DNA from: Macrostomum lignano
Lineage: Eukaryota
DNA length: 64,000 bases
NCBI GenBank assembly: GCA_002269645.1
Contig: NIVC01002608.1
Span: forward strand, 62,001-126,000
Reading direction: 5' to 3'
Below are positions 37,046-49,662 of the stretch, one piece after another. The position numbers and the translations under genes were made by a program. Position 1 is the first letter of the stretch, and each line of letters opens with the position of its first letter. The notes beneath the pieces were generated by a model. That model did not search any database. It was given only the letters and a program-made list of their open reading frames with translations, and was not told where the DNA came from.

Positions 37046-40000
37046 ATGCTTCGTGAAGTTTTTTCAAAAGGAAAGGATTTAGCTGAAAAAGTGTAAGTGC
37101 AACTCGTTTTTTGTTGAAAAAATGCTGTTTTTTCGGATTTTGTTTAAGTTTTCATGAAGTAGCTCTGTTTTGGGCCATTTAGGTTTAATCAAATTACAGC
37201 ATTTTTATAACTATTATAATATGAGGCCTATAGTCAATGTCTTTTCACCCATTAATTTTGAAAAAGATTTAGAGGAAATGAATTTAATGACCTGCAGATA
37301 GTGAATGTGAATTTATGTGATCAGTTTAATTTTGCTTTTTGTTTTTTGCATTTTGCATTTAAAATTATTATAAAAACTACATTTTAGTAGGGTAGAACAA
37401 ATAAATTATTTTATCAACTATGGCAAAAAATGACCTTTTTTGCTAGAGGAAGTGCTTTATATAGATGCATAGTCACTATACTATAAAAATAATCCAATAA
37501 TAATAATATGGTGCCATGGCAATTGTGACAATAAACTATATAAGCTATCTTATTGAATATAGAACATTTCAAAACTAATGATTATACTTATAACAAAATT
37601 TGATATATTGACATGAATGATAAATCATTGCTAATGTGACTAAAAAATCATATTGTTTTACTTTGGTGGGCTAGATAATCTTTTACTATAAAGGTTATTA
37701 CAATTTACTTCCAAGGATATTGAATATATCTCTACTTTTTTGCTTGTGTTGTGATATAATAATATAATAATAATGCTCAAAATAAAAAAAAATTATATTA
37801 TTTATAATATTGCATATATTTTTGTATTTCTAGAGACTACTTTACTGCAACAAAATACTTAGACATATTTAGTAAAAAAATTAGCTTTTAATCATGTTAG
37901 GCAATAGTGTTGCCATATATTAAATATTAATAATAATATTTCTTTTTGTAACAATAATCTATTCCATATACTAAAAATGGTCTGTGTGTGTGTGTGTGAT
38001 CAATTTTAGCAAAAACGGCTCAACCAATTTTGTTCAAACTTGCACTGTTTGATTAGAAATTTTCTGGTGACGGTACATGCAACGTGGCTAAGAAATTGCT
38101 CTATGCTAAAGGGATTAAATATTCGAAAAACATGCTTTTTTGCAAAGGTCAAGCAACTCTTTCGACTTGAAATGCATTGTAAGAATGCTAGAGAAAAAAC
38201 TGACTGGTTGAATTCTGATTCTGAAATAGATTGCATCATCACAATAGGCTTTTTTTATCGTCTGTGTATTGGCTAAATTTTGACACTGAATTGAATTGCG
38301 TGACAGTATTGAATAACGCAGTGTGGAAGCATAGCACAATAATTGATTTATATTGCGTAACCATATTGCTAACTTTAATAGAGACTGGTACTGACTTGCC
38401 TAAGAAATTGTCATAAATGCTTCGTGTGACTTTTACTCAATTGACTTGGTATGAGTATTGCATTATATAAGTGCTACAAATTAATTTATAATTTCAATGA
38501 GAGCTAGCCTAGATGTGAACACACTGGACTGCTAATGCAGCAACCTGGGTTCAAATCTTAGTAATGTATTAAAAAATATAAGTAGCATAAATTTTTTATA
38601 ATTAATTAAAAAGACCTGGATTATGGCGCTGGATAAACCAAGGATTATTGCACTTGATAAGCCAAGGATTACTGCACTTGATAAACCAAGGATTATTGCA
38701 CTTGATAAGCCAACGATTATTGCACTTGATAAACCAAGGATTATTGCACTTGATAAGCCAAAGATTACTGCGCTTGATAAACCAAGGATTATTGCACTTG
38801 ATAAGCCAAGGATTATTGCACTTGATAAACCAAGAATTACTGCACTTGATAAACCAAGGATTATTGCACTTGATAAGCAAAAGATTACTGCGCTTGATAA
38901 ACCTAGGATTATTGCACTTGATGAGCCAAGGATTATTGCACTTGATAAACCAAGAATTACTGCACTTGATAAACCAAGGATTATTGCACTTGATAAGCAA
39001 AAGATTACTGCGCTTGATAAACCTAGGATTATTGCACTTGATAAGCCAAGGATTATTGCACTTGATAAACCAAGAATTACTGCACTTGATAAACCAAGGA
39101 TTATTGCACTTGATAAGCAAAAGATTACTGCGCTTGATAAACCTAGGATTATTGCACTTGATAAGCCAAGGATTATTGCACTTGATAAACCAAGAATTAC
39201 TGCACTTGATAAACCAAGGATTATTGCACTTGATAAGCAAAAGATTACTGCGCTTGATAAACCAAGGATTGTTGCACTTGATAAGCCAAAGATTACTGCG
39301 CTAGACAAACCAAGGATTATTGCACTAGATTAGAAAGGGCTATTGCACTAGCCCAGACATCGAGTTTTGGACTTGATGAGTAAAGGATTATTGCACTAGC
39401 TGAGAAGCTGATTATTGCGCTGTCTAAAAAAGAGATTATTGCGCTCGCTGAGACGTGGATTGTTTCACAACCTGAGAAAGCGGTTATTGCATTAGCGGAG
39501 GTAACATTTGTACTAGCTACTTGCTGTCTCGTGGATGCTTGCTATCTGGAGGATGCGTGCTCTCAAGGGGGGATACTTGCTATTTGGGAGTTGGGGGGTA
39601 CTGGCTACATGTATGGGATTCTTTCTATCCAGGGATGCTTGCTATTTAGGTGGATGCTTTAACAATATCTGGGGGATGCTTGCTATCTGGGTGGATGCTT
39701 CAATCTGAGGGATGCTTGATATCTGCAGATGCTTGGTATCTTGGGTGATGCTTGCTATGAGCATTAGAGGATGCTTGCTATCTGCAGTTGTTTACTTTTG
39801 GAGGGGGTGCTTGCTGACTTGGGAATATTTTCTATTTATAGGAAGCTATATTTTGTTGTCTGTTTGTTAATTTTAGAGAAAAGGTGATACTTTCACTTTG
39901 CAAACACCTTTGTCCGTGGCAATTTTACACGAATAAGGTGATTTATAAAAGTGAAGAAGGAATGGGTGTTTAAGAAAATGTGCTTTTTTATTGTTTTCCA

Positions 40001-43000
40001 TGAACTATTTTTGCTCCTTTCTTTTTGGGCGCCCCGAAGGGGGCCGCACTAGATTGCTATTATAGTTCTATCTTTGAATTAAGAAATTCTCACTTTAGAC
40101 TCTGGCTTAAATGTTACTAAACTGAACTAAACTAAAAGTAGGCCTAGTTGTTTTCTATGGGTTTATTTATAAATGCCATAGGTACCTATTTTTTGCAGAT
40201 GCAATAGTATTCTATAGCCATAGCTAGAATTAAATTGAAATGCTAGTTTTATTATATTTTAAGCTAGGCTTCTATTAGGCACAGAAGTTAAAATAGTAAA
40301 TGGATCTTGATCTCTCTGAGTTCTAATTGTTAATTCTATGGCACTATTGTCAATCTAGCCAATTTATTACCCCAAACTGAACCCTGCCTGCAGCACCAAT
40401 GTGGTGATGAACTACACGGAGCTGGAGGGCAAGGTAAGAGAAGCCACAAACGATGAAGCCTGGGGTCCACACGGCGAGGTGATGCAAGAATTGGCCAATG
40501 CTACCATGAGCTACGAACAGTTTCCTGAGGTCATGGGCATGCTCTGGAAACGGATGCTTTTCGATAATAAGCGAAACTGGCGCCGTGTTTACAAGGTTTG
40601 TTTGATTGCTGAATCCGCCTCTGATCTCTCAGTCCTTGAGAATCTGCCTCTGATCCCTCAGTCCTTTGAGAATCTGCCTCTGATCTCTCAGTCCTTGAGA
40701 ATCTGCCTCTGATCCCTCAGTCCTTGAGAATCTGCCTCTGATCTCTCAGTCCTTGAGAATCTGCCTCTGATCCCTCAGTCCTTTGAGAATCTGCCTCTGA
40801 TCCCTCAGTCCTTTGAGAATCTGCCTCTGATCCCTCAGTCCTTTGAGAATCTGCCTCTGATCCCTCAGTCCTTTGAGAATCTGCCTCTGATCTCTCAGTC
40901 CTTGAGAATCTGCCTCTGATCTCTCAGTCCTTGAGAATCTGCCTCTGATCTCTCAATCCTTGAGAATCTGGCCTCTGATTCCCAAGTCCTTGAGAATCTG
41001 CCTCTGATCTCTCAATCCTTGAGAATCTGGCCTCTGATTCCCAAGTCCTTGAGAATCTGCCTCTGATCTCTCAGTCCTTGAGAATCTGCCTCTGATCTCT
41101 CAGTCCTTTGGGAATCTGCCTCTGATCTCTCAGTCCTTTGGGAATCTGCCTCTGATCTCTCAGTCCTTGAGAATCTGCCTCTGATCCCTCAGTCCTTGAG
41201 AATCTGCCTCTGATCTCTCAGTCCTTTGAGAATCTGCCTCTGATCTCTCAGTCCTTTGAGAATCTGCCTCTGATCTCTCAGTCCTTTGAGAATCTGCCTC
41301 TGATCTCTCAGTCCTTTGAGAATCTGCCTCTGATCTCTCAGTCCTTTGAGAATCTGCCTCTGATCTCTCAGTCCTTTGAGAATCTGCCTCTGATCTCTCA
41401 GTCCTTTGAGAATCCGCCTCTGATCTCTCAGTCCTTTGAAAATCTGCCTCGGATCTCTCAGTCGTTTGAGAATCTGCCTCTGATCCCTCAGTCCTTTGAG
41501 AATCTGCCTCTGATCCCTCAGTCCTTTGAGAATCTGCCTCTGATCTCTCAGCTCAGTCCTTGAGAATCTGCCTCTGATCTCTCAGTCCTTGAGAATCTGC
41601 CTCTGATCTCTCAGCTCAGTATTTGAGAATCTGCCTCTGATCGCTCAGTCCTTTGAGAATCTACCTATCCGCTTCCTCAGTTCTGGATGCCACCCCCTAT
41701 ATTCAACAGTCCCTCCTGCTGCTCACCTACCTGATTCGACACGGTTCGGAGCGAGTGGTCACCAGCGCCCGAGAGCACATCTACGACCTGAGAGGGCTCG
41801 AGTCCTACCAGTTTGTTGATGAGCGCGGCAAAGATGAAGGAATAAATAGTGAGTGCACAGGGTGGCTTACTGGAAGCTGAAAACTTGAGATTTGCTTTGA
41901 ATATTCTTTCTTACCTGCTGCGGTGCGGATTGTTAAAGCCTAAATGAAGCATTTTTCTGTAAAAACCACAGAATGCGAGTATACCCATCCCCTCTCTAGA
42001 ATCTCCCCACTGTCTTTAAAGTCTACCAATGATTTTAAGATGTTCCCCATTCCGATAATCTCCCCATTATGAGATGAGAATATTCCCACCCATCAGAATA
42101 TCTCTAAATTTTGAAATGCTTTTTTGTCCTATACACTCTATCCTATACCATATTCTTTACCCTTATCCTATACCCCTATCCTATGCCCCTATCATTTACC
42201 CTTATCCTATACCCTTATCCTATACCCCTATCCTTTACCCTTATCCTATACCCCTATCCTATACCCCCAATCATACTCGTATACCCCCATCCTATAACCC
42301 AATCCAAAACCCCTTATCCAATACTGTATACCCCTATCCTATACTCCCCTATCCTATACCCCCTATCCTATTCCCCGCTATCATATGCCCCCCATCCTAT
42401 ACATCCCTATCCTATACTCCCCTATCCTATACCCTCCTATCCTATACCCCTATCCTATACCCGCAGTTCGGCACAAGGCCCACGAGCTGGTGGAATTCAT
42501 TCAAGACGACGACAAGCTTCGCGAGGAGCGCAAAGCTGCCCGCAAGAATCGTGACAAATATACTGGCTATTCGGGCAACTCCTTCAGCGGCGGTAGCGGC
42601 TTTGGCAGTGGCGGATACGGAGGTACCTGGGAAAGCTGGTTTACCTGGGCATAATACCTGGTTTACCTGGGCATAATACCTGGTTTACCTGGGAATAATA
42701 CCTGGTTTACCTGGGCATAATACCCGATTTACCTGGGAATAATACCCGGTTTACCTGGGAATAATACCCGGTTTACCTGGGCATAATACCTGGTTTACCT
42801 GGGCATAATACCCGGTTTACCTGGGCATAATACCTGGTTTACCTGGGCATAATACCTGGTTTACCTGGGCATAATACCTGGTTTACTTGGGCATAATACC
42901 TGGTTTACCTGGGCATAATACCTGGTTTACCTGGGCATAATACCTGGTTTACCTGGGCATAATACCTGGTTTACCTGGGCATAATACCTGGTTTACCTGG

Positions 43001-46000
43001 ACATAATACCTGGTTTACCTGGGCATAATACCTGATTTACCTGGGCATAATACCTGGTTTACCTGGGCATAATACCTGGTTTACCTGGGCATAATACCTG
43101 ATTTACCTGGATTATCTGGGCTACCTGGTTTACCTGCGCTATCTGGGCTATTGATGGTTTACCTGGGCTCACTTGCGTTAATTGTTTTACCTGATTGGGC
43201 AAGAGTACGAGTGTAGCTAAGCGCCCACATTAACTTAGGGCTCATGCACGAAGATTGGCTGGGAGGAGGTTGTCAATGCGATTGATGGGCTTTCTAATGG
43301 GACTTTCTAATATTTGCAAAATGCCTACTGTAAAACATACTATTTAGTGTAAGAAAATGTAAATTTCCATTTATTCAAGGCGGCGCCTTCTCCGACAACT
43401 ATGGTGGCGGCGGTAGCGGCTGTGGCGGCAGCCAATTGGGCGAAATAGACGACTGGGAGGGTGGCCGGTACCGCACGATGAAGGACGACGTGATTGACCG
43501 GGTCAAGGACATCTGGAGCGCTCGCCGGCCGCCGGTAGACGAAGATTTCAAGTGAGCCTCTGTTGCTAATAGCATTCGAGCACTTTTTTGAGCGCTTGTT
43601 TAATTTATGGTGAGGCATTGTCTTTTCAAACTTTGAAAAATGTCTGAATTCTCCAAAGGAATCTGTCTGAATTCCCCATAAGAATCTGTTCTGAATTCCC
43701 CATAAGAATTTTTCTGAATTCCCCATAAGAATCTGTCTGAATTCCCCATAAGAATCTGTCTGAATTCCCCATAAGAATCTGTCTGAATTCCCCATAAGAA
43801 TCTGTTTGAATTCCCCATAAGAATCTGTCTGAATTCCCCATAAGAATCTGTCTGAATTCCCCATAAGAATCTGTTTGAATTCCCCATAAGAATCTGTCTG
43901 AATTCCCCATAAGAATCTGTCTGAATTCCCCATAAGAATCTGTCTGAATTCCCCATAAGAACTTGTCTGAATTCCCCATAAGAATCTGTCTGAATTCCCC
44001 ATAAGAATCTGTCTGAATTCCCCATAAGAATCTGTCTGAATTCCCCATAAGAACTTGTCTGAATTCCCCATAAGAATCTGTCTGAATTCCCCATAAGAAT
44101 CTTTCTGAATTCCCCATAAGAATCTGTTTGAATTCCCCATAAGAATCTGTCTGAATTCCCCATAAGAATCTGTCTGAATTCCCGATAAGAATCTGTCTGA
44201 ATTCCCCATAAGAACTTGTCTGAATTCCCCATAAGAATCTGTCTGAATTCCCCATAAGAATCTGTCTGAATTCCCCATAAGAATCTGTCTGAATTCCCCA
44301 TAAGAATCTGTCTGAATTCCCCATAAGAATCTGTCTGAATTCCCATAAGAATCTGTCTGAATTCCCCATAAGAATCTGTCTGAATTCCCCATAAGAATCT
44401 GTCTGAATTCCCTATAAGAATCTGCCTGAATTCCCCATAAGAATCTGTCTGAATTCTACATAAGAATCTGTCTGAATTCCCATAAGAATCTGTCTGAATT
44501 CCCATAAGAATCTGTCTGAATTCCCCATAAGAATCTGTCTGAATTCTACATAAGAATCTGTCTGAATTCCCCATAAGAATCTGTCTGAATTCCCATAAGA
44601 ATCTGTCTGAATTCCCCATAAGAATCTGTCTGAATTCCCCATAAGAATCTGTCTGAATTTCCTATAAGAATCTGCCTGAAATCCCCCATTAGAATCGGCC
44701 TGAAATCCCTTAAAGTATCACCCAGATTTGATATAAGTTGAGTTTGAATATGACCCACTAAACTTCACTGAAGACATTCCTTTATATTGTTGTTTTTCTT
44801 CCCCTAAACTACCCATGCTACTATATAAGTAGCAAAGGCAGCAGAGCTCACGGCAATGCAAACAATGCAAAGCCTGTGTCTGGCATAACATTTGATCCGC
44901 CCTGCATGGCCCAAGGCTACAGAAAGTTTGGGTTTGTAATCTAGCTGAGAATCAAATCTTGACTGCCTTAAGCTTAAATTCGGAGTTAACAATAAGCAGC
45001 ATGATTTGATTTGCTAAACGTTCACATAAATAACTAATCAATAGTGTGATTGAACACTGGCAAGTCTATTTGTTATCTACTTCAACTTTTAAGTCAAATG
45101 CACTGGCTGTTTTATCTGGCATAAACGGGATATCCGCAAATGAATTTCTATGATTTCTATGACTAACACGGGCACTTTCGGGAATGTTTAAAAAATTCTC
45201 ATTTTTGTAGGTCTACTACAATATCTTATCTTCATTTGAGCAGCTGTGAACAGAGTTATTTATGAAAAAAGTTGAATATTTCAGCTTTTAGTTTTACCCC
45301 AATCTGAGTCATTCATTACTCTCGGTTTTTTAATTCTTGTATGATAGTCAATATGTGAAGCACCGTTCCAGAACCCAAACTACCGAAACCACCACATACC
45401 CCATACTACCACATCATTCCCCACACCTCACAGGCCCATCATTCCCCACACCTCACAGGCCCATCATTCCCCACACCTCACAAACCCATCATTTCCCACA
45501 CCTCACAAACCCATCATTCCCCACACCTCACAGGCCCATCATTCCCCACACCTCAGAGGCCCATCATTCCCCACATCTCACAGGCCCATCATTTCCCACA
45601 CCTCACAAACCCATCATTCCCCACACCTCAGAGGCCCATCATTCCCCACACCTCACAGGCCCATCATTCCCCACACCTCACAAACCCATTATTTCCCACA
45701 CCTCACAGGCCCATCATTCCCCACACCTCACAGGCCCATCATTCCCCACACCTCACAAACCCATTATTTCCCACACCTCACAAACCCATCATTCCCCACA
45801 CCTCACAGGCCCATCATTCCCCACACCTCAGAGGCCCATCATTCCCCACACCTCACAGGCCCATCATTTCCCACACCTCACAAACCCATCATTCCCCACA
45901 CCTCAGAGGCCCATCATTCCCCACACCTCACAGGCCCATCATTTCCCACACCTCACAAACCCATCATTCCCCACACCTCAGAGGCCCATCATTCCCCACA

Positions 46001-49000
46001 CCTCACAAACCCATCATTCCCCACACCTCACAGGCCCATCATTCCCCACACCTCAGGGCCCATCATTCCCCACACCTCACAAACCCATCATTTCCCACAC
46101 CTCACAAACCCATCATTCCCCACACCTCACAGGCCCATCATTCCCCACACCTCAGAGGCCCATCATTCCCCACACCTCAGAGGCCCATCATTCCCCACAC
46201 CTCAGAGAACCATCATTCCCCACACCTCAGAAGATCATCATTCCCCACACCTCAGAGACCCATCATTCCCCACACCTCAGAAGATCATCATTCCCCACAC
46301 CTCAGAGAAGCATCATTCCCCACACCTCACTGGCCCATCATTCCCCACACTTCACAGGCCCATCATTCCCCACACCTCACAGGCCCATCATTCCCCACAC
46401 CTCAGAGACCTATCATTCCCCACACCTCAGAAGATCATCATTCCCCACACCACAGAGAAGCATCATTCCCCACACCTCAGAGGCCATCATTCCCCACACC
46501 TCACAAAGCCATCATTTCCCACACCTCAGAGAAGCATAATTCCCCACACCTCACTGGCCCATCATTCCCCACACCTCAGAGGCCCATCATTCCCCACACC
46601 TCAGAGGCCCATCATTCCCCGCAACTCGAACCTACACCCTAGCTAGCATGAACCGCACCCCACACCACGCTACCCCAGCGAGTACGAGCGCGGCGGCACC
46701 AGCATTGGCATTCCGGACAACGGCAATGGAAGCGGCGGCAACGGTCACCTCCAGCGGCAGTCGGAATTCGGCTATCGCGATCACGAACCCACCTCCGGTT
46801 CCTCCTCGGTTGGCAACGGCGCCAATCGCCGAACAGCTCGAATTCAGCAGCCGCGCCAACGCGTCGATTTGAGCGCCGCAGCCGCCGGCTTGAGTCGTGG
46901 CGGAGGCGCCAGCGGAGGCGGAAGCGCCGGGCGCCAGGTCATCGATCTGTCTGGCAGCGCAAGCGCCGGAGCCAACGACGATGGCGACGAGTTCGCCGAT
47001 TTTCAATCGGCCGGCGCTCAGGCGCAGCTGTCTAAGCAGCAGAAAACGGGCGAGGATCCGTGAGTGTGGGGTAGATCTGGGGGTGTCGGGTAGATCTGGG
47101 GGTGTGGGGTAGATCTGGGGGTGTGGGGTAGATCTGGGTGTGTGGGGTAGATCTGGGGGTGTCGGGTAGATCTGGGGGTGTGGGGTAGATCTGGGGGTGT
47201 GGGGTAGATCTGGGTGTGTGGGGTAGATCTGGGGGTGTAGGGTAGATCTGGGGGTGTGGGGTGGATCTGGGTGTGTGGGGTAGATCTGGGGGTGTGGGGT
47301 AGATCTGGGTGTGTGGGGTAGATCTGGGGGTGTGGGGTAGATCTGGGGGTGTGGGGTAGATCTGGGGTGTGGGGTAGATCTGGGTGTGTGGGGTAGATCT
47401 GGGGGTGTCGGGTAGATCTGGGGGTGTGGGGTAGATCTGGGTGTGTGGGGTAGATCTGGGTGTGTGGGGTAGATCTGGGTGTGTGGGGTAGATCTGGGTG
47501 TGTGGGGTAGATCTGGGTGTGTGGGGTAGATCTGGGGGTGTGGGTTGGATCCGTGAGTGTGGGGTAGATCTGGGGGTGTCGGGTAGATCTGGGGGTGTGG
47601 GTTGGATCCGTGAGTGTGGGGTAGATCTGGGGGTGTGGGGTAGATCTGGGGGTGTGGGGTAGATCTGGGGTTGTGGGGTAGATCTGGGTGTGTGGGGTAG
47701 ATCTGGGGGTGTGGGGTAGATCTGGGGGTGTGGGGTAGATCTGGGGGTGTGGGACAGATCTGGGGGTGTGGGGTAGATCCGTGAGTGTGGGGTAGATCTG
47801 GGGGTGTGGGGTAGATCTGTGAGTGTGGGGTAGATCCGTGAGTGTGGGGTAGATCCGTGAGTGTGGGGTAGATCCGTGAGTGTGGGGTAGATCCGTGAGT
47901 GTGGGGTAGATCTGGGGGTGTGGGGTAGATCTGGGGGTGTGGGGTAGATCTGGGGTTGTGGGGTAGATCTGGGTGTGTGGGGTAGATCTGGGGGTGTGGG
48001 GTAGATCTGGGGGTGTGGGGTAGATCTGGGGGTGTGGGGTAGATCTGGGGGTGTCGGGTAGATCTGGGGGTGTGGGACAGATCTGGGGGTGTGGGGTAGA
48101 TCCGTGAGTGTGGGGTAGATCTGGGGGTGTGGGGTAGATCTGTGAGTGTGGGGTAGATCCGTGAGTGTGGGGTAGATCCGTGAGTGTGGGGTAGATCCGT
48201 GAGTGTGGGGTAGATCCGTGAGTGTGGGGTAGATCCGTGAGTGTGGGGTAGATCCGTGAGTGTGGGGTAGATCCGTGAGTGTGGAGGTAGATGTGTGTGG
48301 TAGATCTAAGTGTTGGATTGTTGCGCTCATAGAGCACTATCGTCCAATAAAAGTCAGGAAATTGTAAATTTTCATTCTCAAAGCGAGCTCCTGTGGTCGG
48401 ACTTTGCCTCGACTCGGTCAACAGGCCAGGGGCAGCAGGTGGACCTGCTGGTGTCCCCTACCGAATCCGAACCAATCGGTGCAGGGTAAGCGTATTGTAA
48501 TATTTTCTAGGCGAATTTATCAAAAAAAGATCATAAAAAACGTTAGCTGCCGCTTATATCTGTCGTCAGTAGTGTAGAACGATAGAAAACTTGGGCTAAT
48601 AATAAATGATAAATATATTCTGCAAATTGCAGCGCAACCGATAGCGGATTTGCCGACTTCTCCAATATGACAACAACGGACGGCGGCGCCGTTGCCAATA
48701 GCAACAGCAGCAAAAATAGCGCCGATTTGCTGACGGGCCTCGACTTTGGCAGCGGCGGTGGCGGCGGCGGCGTCCCAGTTGCCGTTCAGCAGTCGCTCGG
48801 CCCGGCGGCTGTGCCGCTGCAGCCGCAGCCAGTAGCTTCAGCTGGACGGGGTCTGATTGGGCAGCCGGCCATTGCTCAGGTGTACCAGCAGCAGCAGCAG
48901 CAGACTCTAGCTGGCCTCGGCGGGCAGCAGCAGCAGCCAGTGCAGACTTTGCTACAGATGCAGGCGTCTCAGATGAGTGCTGGTGAGCGATTTTAGGGAA

Positions 49001-49662
49001 CAGCCATAAGAATCGCCCCTGAGCCAGACATAAGAATCGCCCCTGAGCCAGCCATAAGAATCGCTTCTGAGCCAGCCATAAGAATCGCTCCTGAGCCAGC
49101 CATAAGAATCGCCCCTGAGACAGCCATAAGAATCGCCCCTGAGACAGCCATAAGAATCGCCCCTGAGCCAGCCATAAGAATCGCCCCTGAGACAGCCATA
49201 AGAATCGCCCCTGAGCCAGCCATAAGAATCGCCCCTGAGACAGCCATAAGAATCGCCCCTGAGACAGCCATAAGAATCGCCCCTGAGCCAGCCATAAGAA
49301 TCGCCCCTGAGACAGCCATAAGAATCGCCTCTCATCCCCAATGTCAAAGACTCGGCTCCCGAGCACCAGCAACTCACAATTCTCTCCTGCTATTCAACGC
49401 AGGTCCCGCAGGCCCGCAGCCTTCGCCGTTCGCGGCCGCAGCTCCGGCTGGATTCGGTCAGCAGCAGCCGCGGCCGGCCGTCTATCAGGCTCAGCCAGCT
49501 GCCGCACCCCAGTTGAAGTCGCCAACATCGCCAACTTATCCGACCAGCGTCAACTGGGGCAGCGGCGGCGCCGGATCTGGCGGCATTGGCGGCGCCAGAC
49601 GAGCGCCAAGTCTGCAAGCGAAAGCGGACCAAGCCTTTGCCGATCTGGTCTCGCTGAAGTGA
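37046..49662 (+). CDS. CLINT1: Clathrin interactor 1 / epsinR (ENTH domain), 9 exons
   Basis: Exons 37046-37092, 40394-40595, 41710-41848, 42467-42622, 43380-43551, 46679-47059, 48384-48485, 48633-48982, 49403-49662; all GT-AG and phase-consistent. ENTH sequence TNVVMNYTELEGKVREATNDEAWGP...WKRMLFDNKRNWRRVYKSLLLLTYLIRHGSERVVTSAREHIYDL matches CLINT1 rather than epsin 1-3. FADF/WSDF and DLL motifs; C-terminus DQAFADLVSLK. Confidence 0.93.
38501..38558 (+). pseudogene. Degenerate tRNA-like sequence (tRNA pseudogene or SINE head)
   Basis: A-box-like TAGCCTAGATG, anticodon-arm-like CTGGA-CTGCTAA-TGCAG, B-box-like GGGTTCAAATC; the acceptor stem is not recoverable. Confidence 0.3.
38625..39335. repeat. 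Intronic minisatellite (CLINT1 intron 1), 24 bp unit GCACTTGATAAACCAAGGATTATT, ~30 copies with a 120-bp higher-order repeat
   Basis: Read directly; a 5-unit block recurs about three times (visible as repeating KQKITALD in the ORF track). Confidence 0.95.
40613..41662. repeat. Intronic minisatellite (CLINT1 intron 2), 29-30 bp unit GAGAATCTGCCTCTGATCTCTCAGTCCTT(T), ~35 copies
   Basis: Read directly. Confidence 0.95.
42130..42462. repeat. Degenerate intronic repeat (CLINT1 intron 3), CCTATCCTATACCC-like
   Basis: Runs into the 3' splice site at 42466. Confidence 0.85.
42623..43115. repeat. Intronic minisatellite (CLINT1 intron 4), 22 bp unit TACCTGGTTTACCTGGGCATAA, ~22 copies
   Basis: Begins at the donor site GTACCTGGG. 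Confidence 0.95.
43640..44700. repeat. Intronic minisatellite (CLINT1 intron 5, 5' part), 23 bp unit GAATTCCCCATAAGAATCTGTCT, ~46 copies
   Basis: Read directly. Confidence 0.95.
45405..46622. repeat. Intronic minisatellite (CLINT1 intron 5, 3' part), 25 bp C-rich unit CCATCATTCCCCACACCTCACAGGC, ~48 copies
   Basis: Read directly. Confidence 0.95.
47054..48300. repeat. Intronic minisatellite (CLINT1 intron 6), 19 bp G-rich unit GTAGATCTGGGGGTGTGGG, ~65 copies
   Basis: Read directly; a variant unit GTAGATCCGTGAGTGTGGG copies the exon 6 donor site. Confidence 0.95.
48998..49330. repeat. Intronic minisatellite (CLINT1 intron 8), 24 bp unit GCCATAAGAATCGCCCCTGAGCCA, ~14 copies
   Basis: Read directly. 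Confidence 0.95.

Noticed and set aside
38532-39333. IALDKPRI-repeat ORF and overlapping frames
   Set aside because: A 24-bp unit stays in frame trivially; it lies inside CLINT1 intron 1.
47049-47055. Possible GC-AG donor for CLINT1 exon 6
   Set aside because: Unnecessary: the canonical GT donor at 47060 is in phase with the acceptor at 48384, which adds the plausible WSDF motif.
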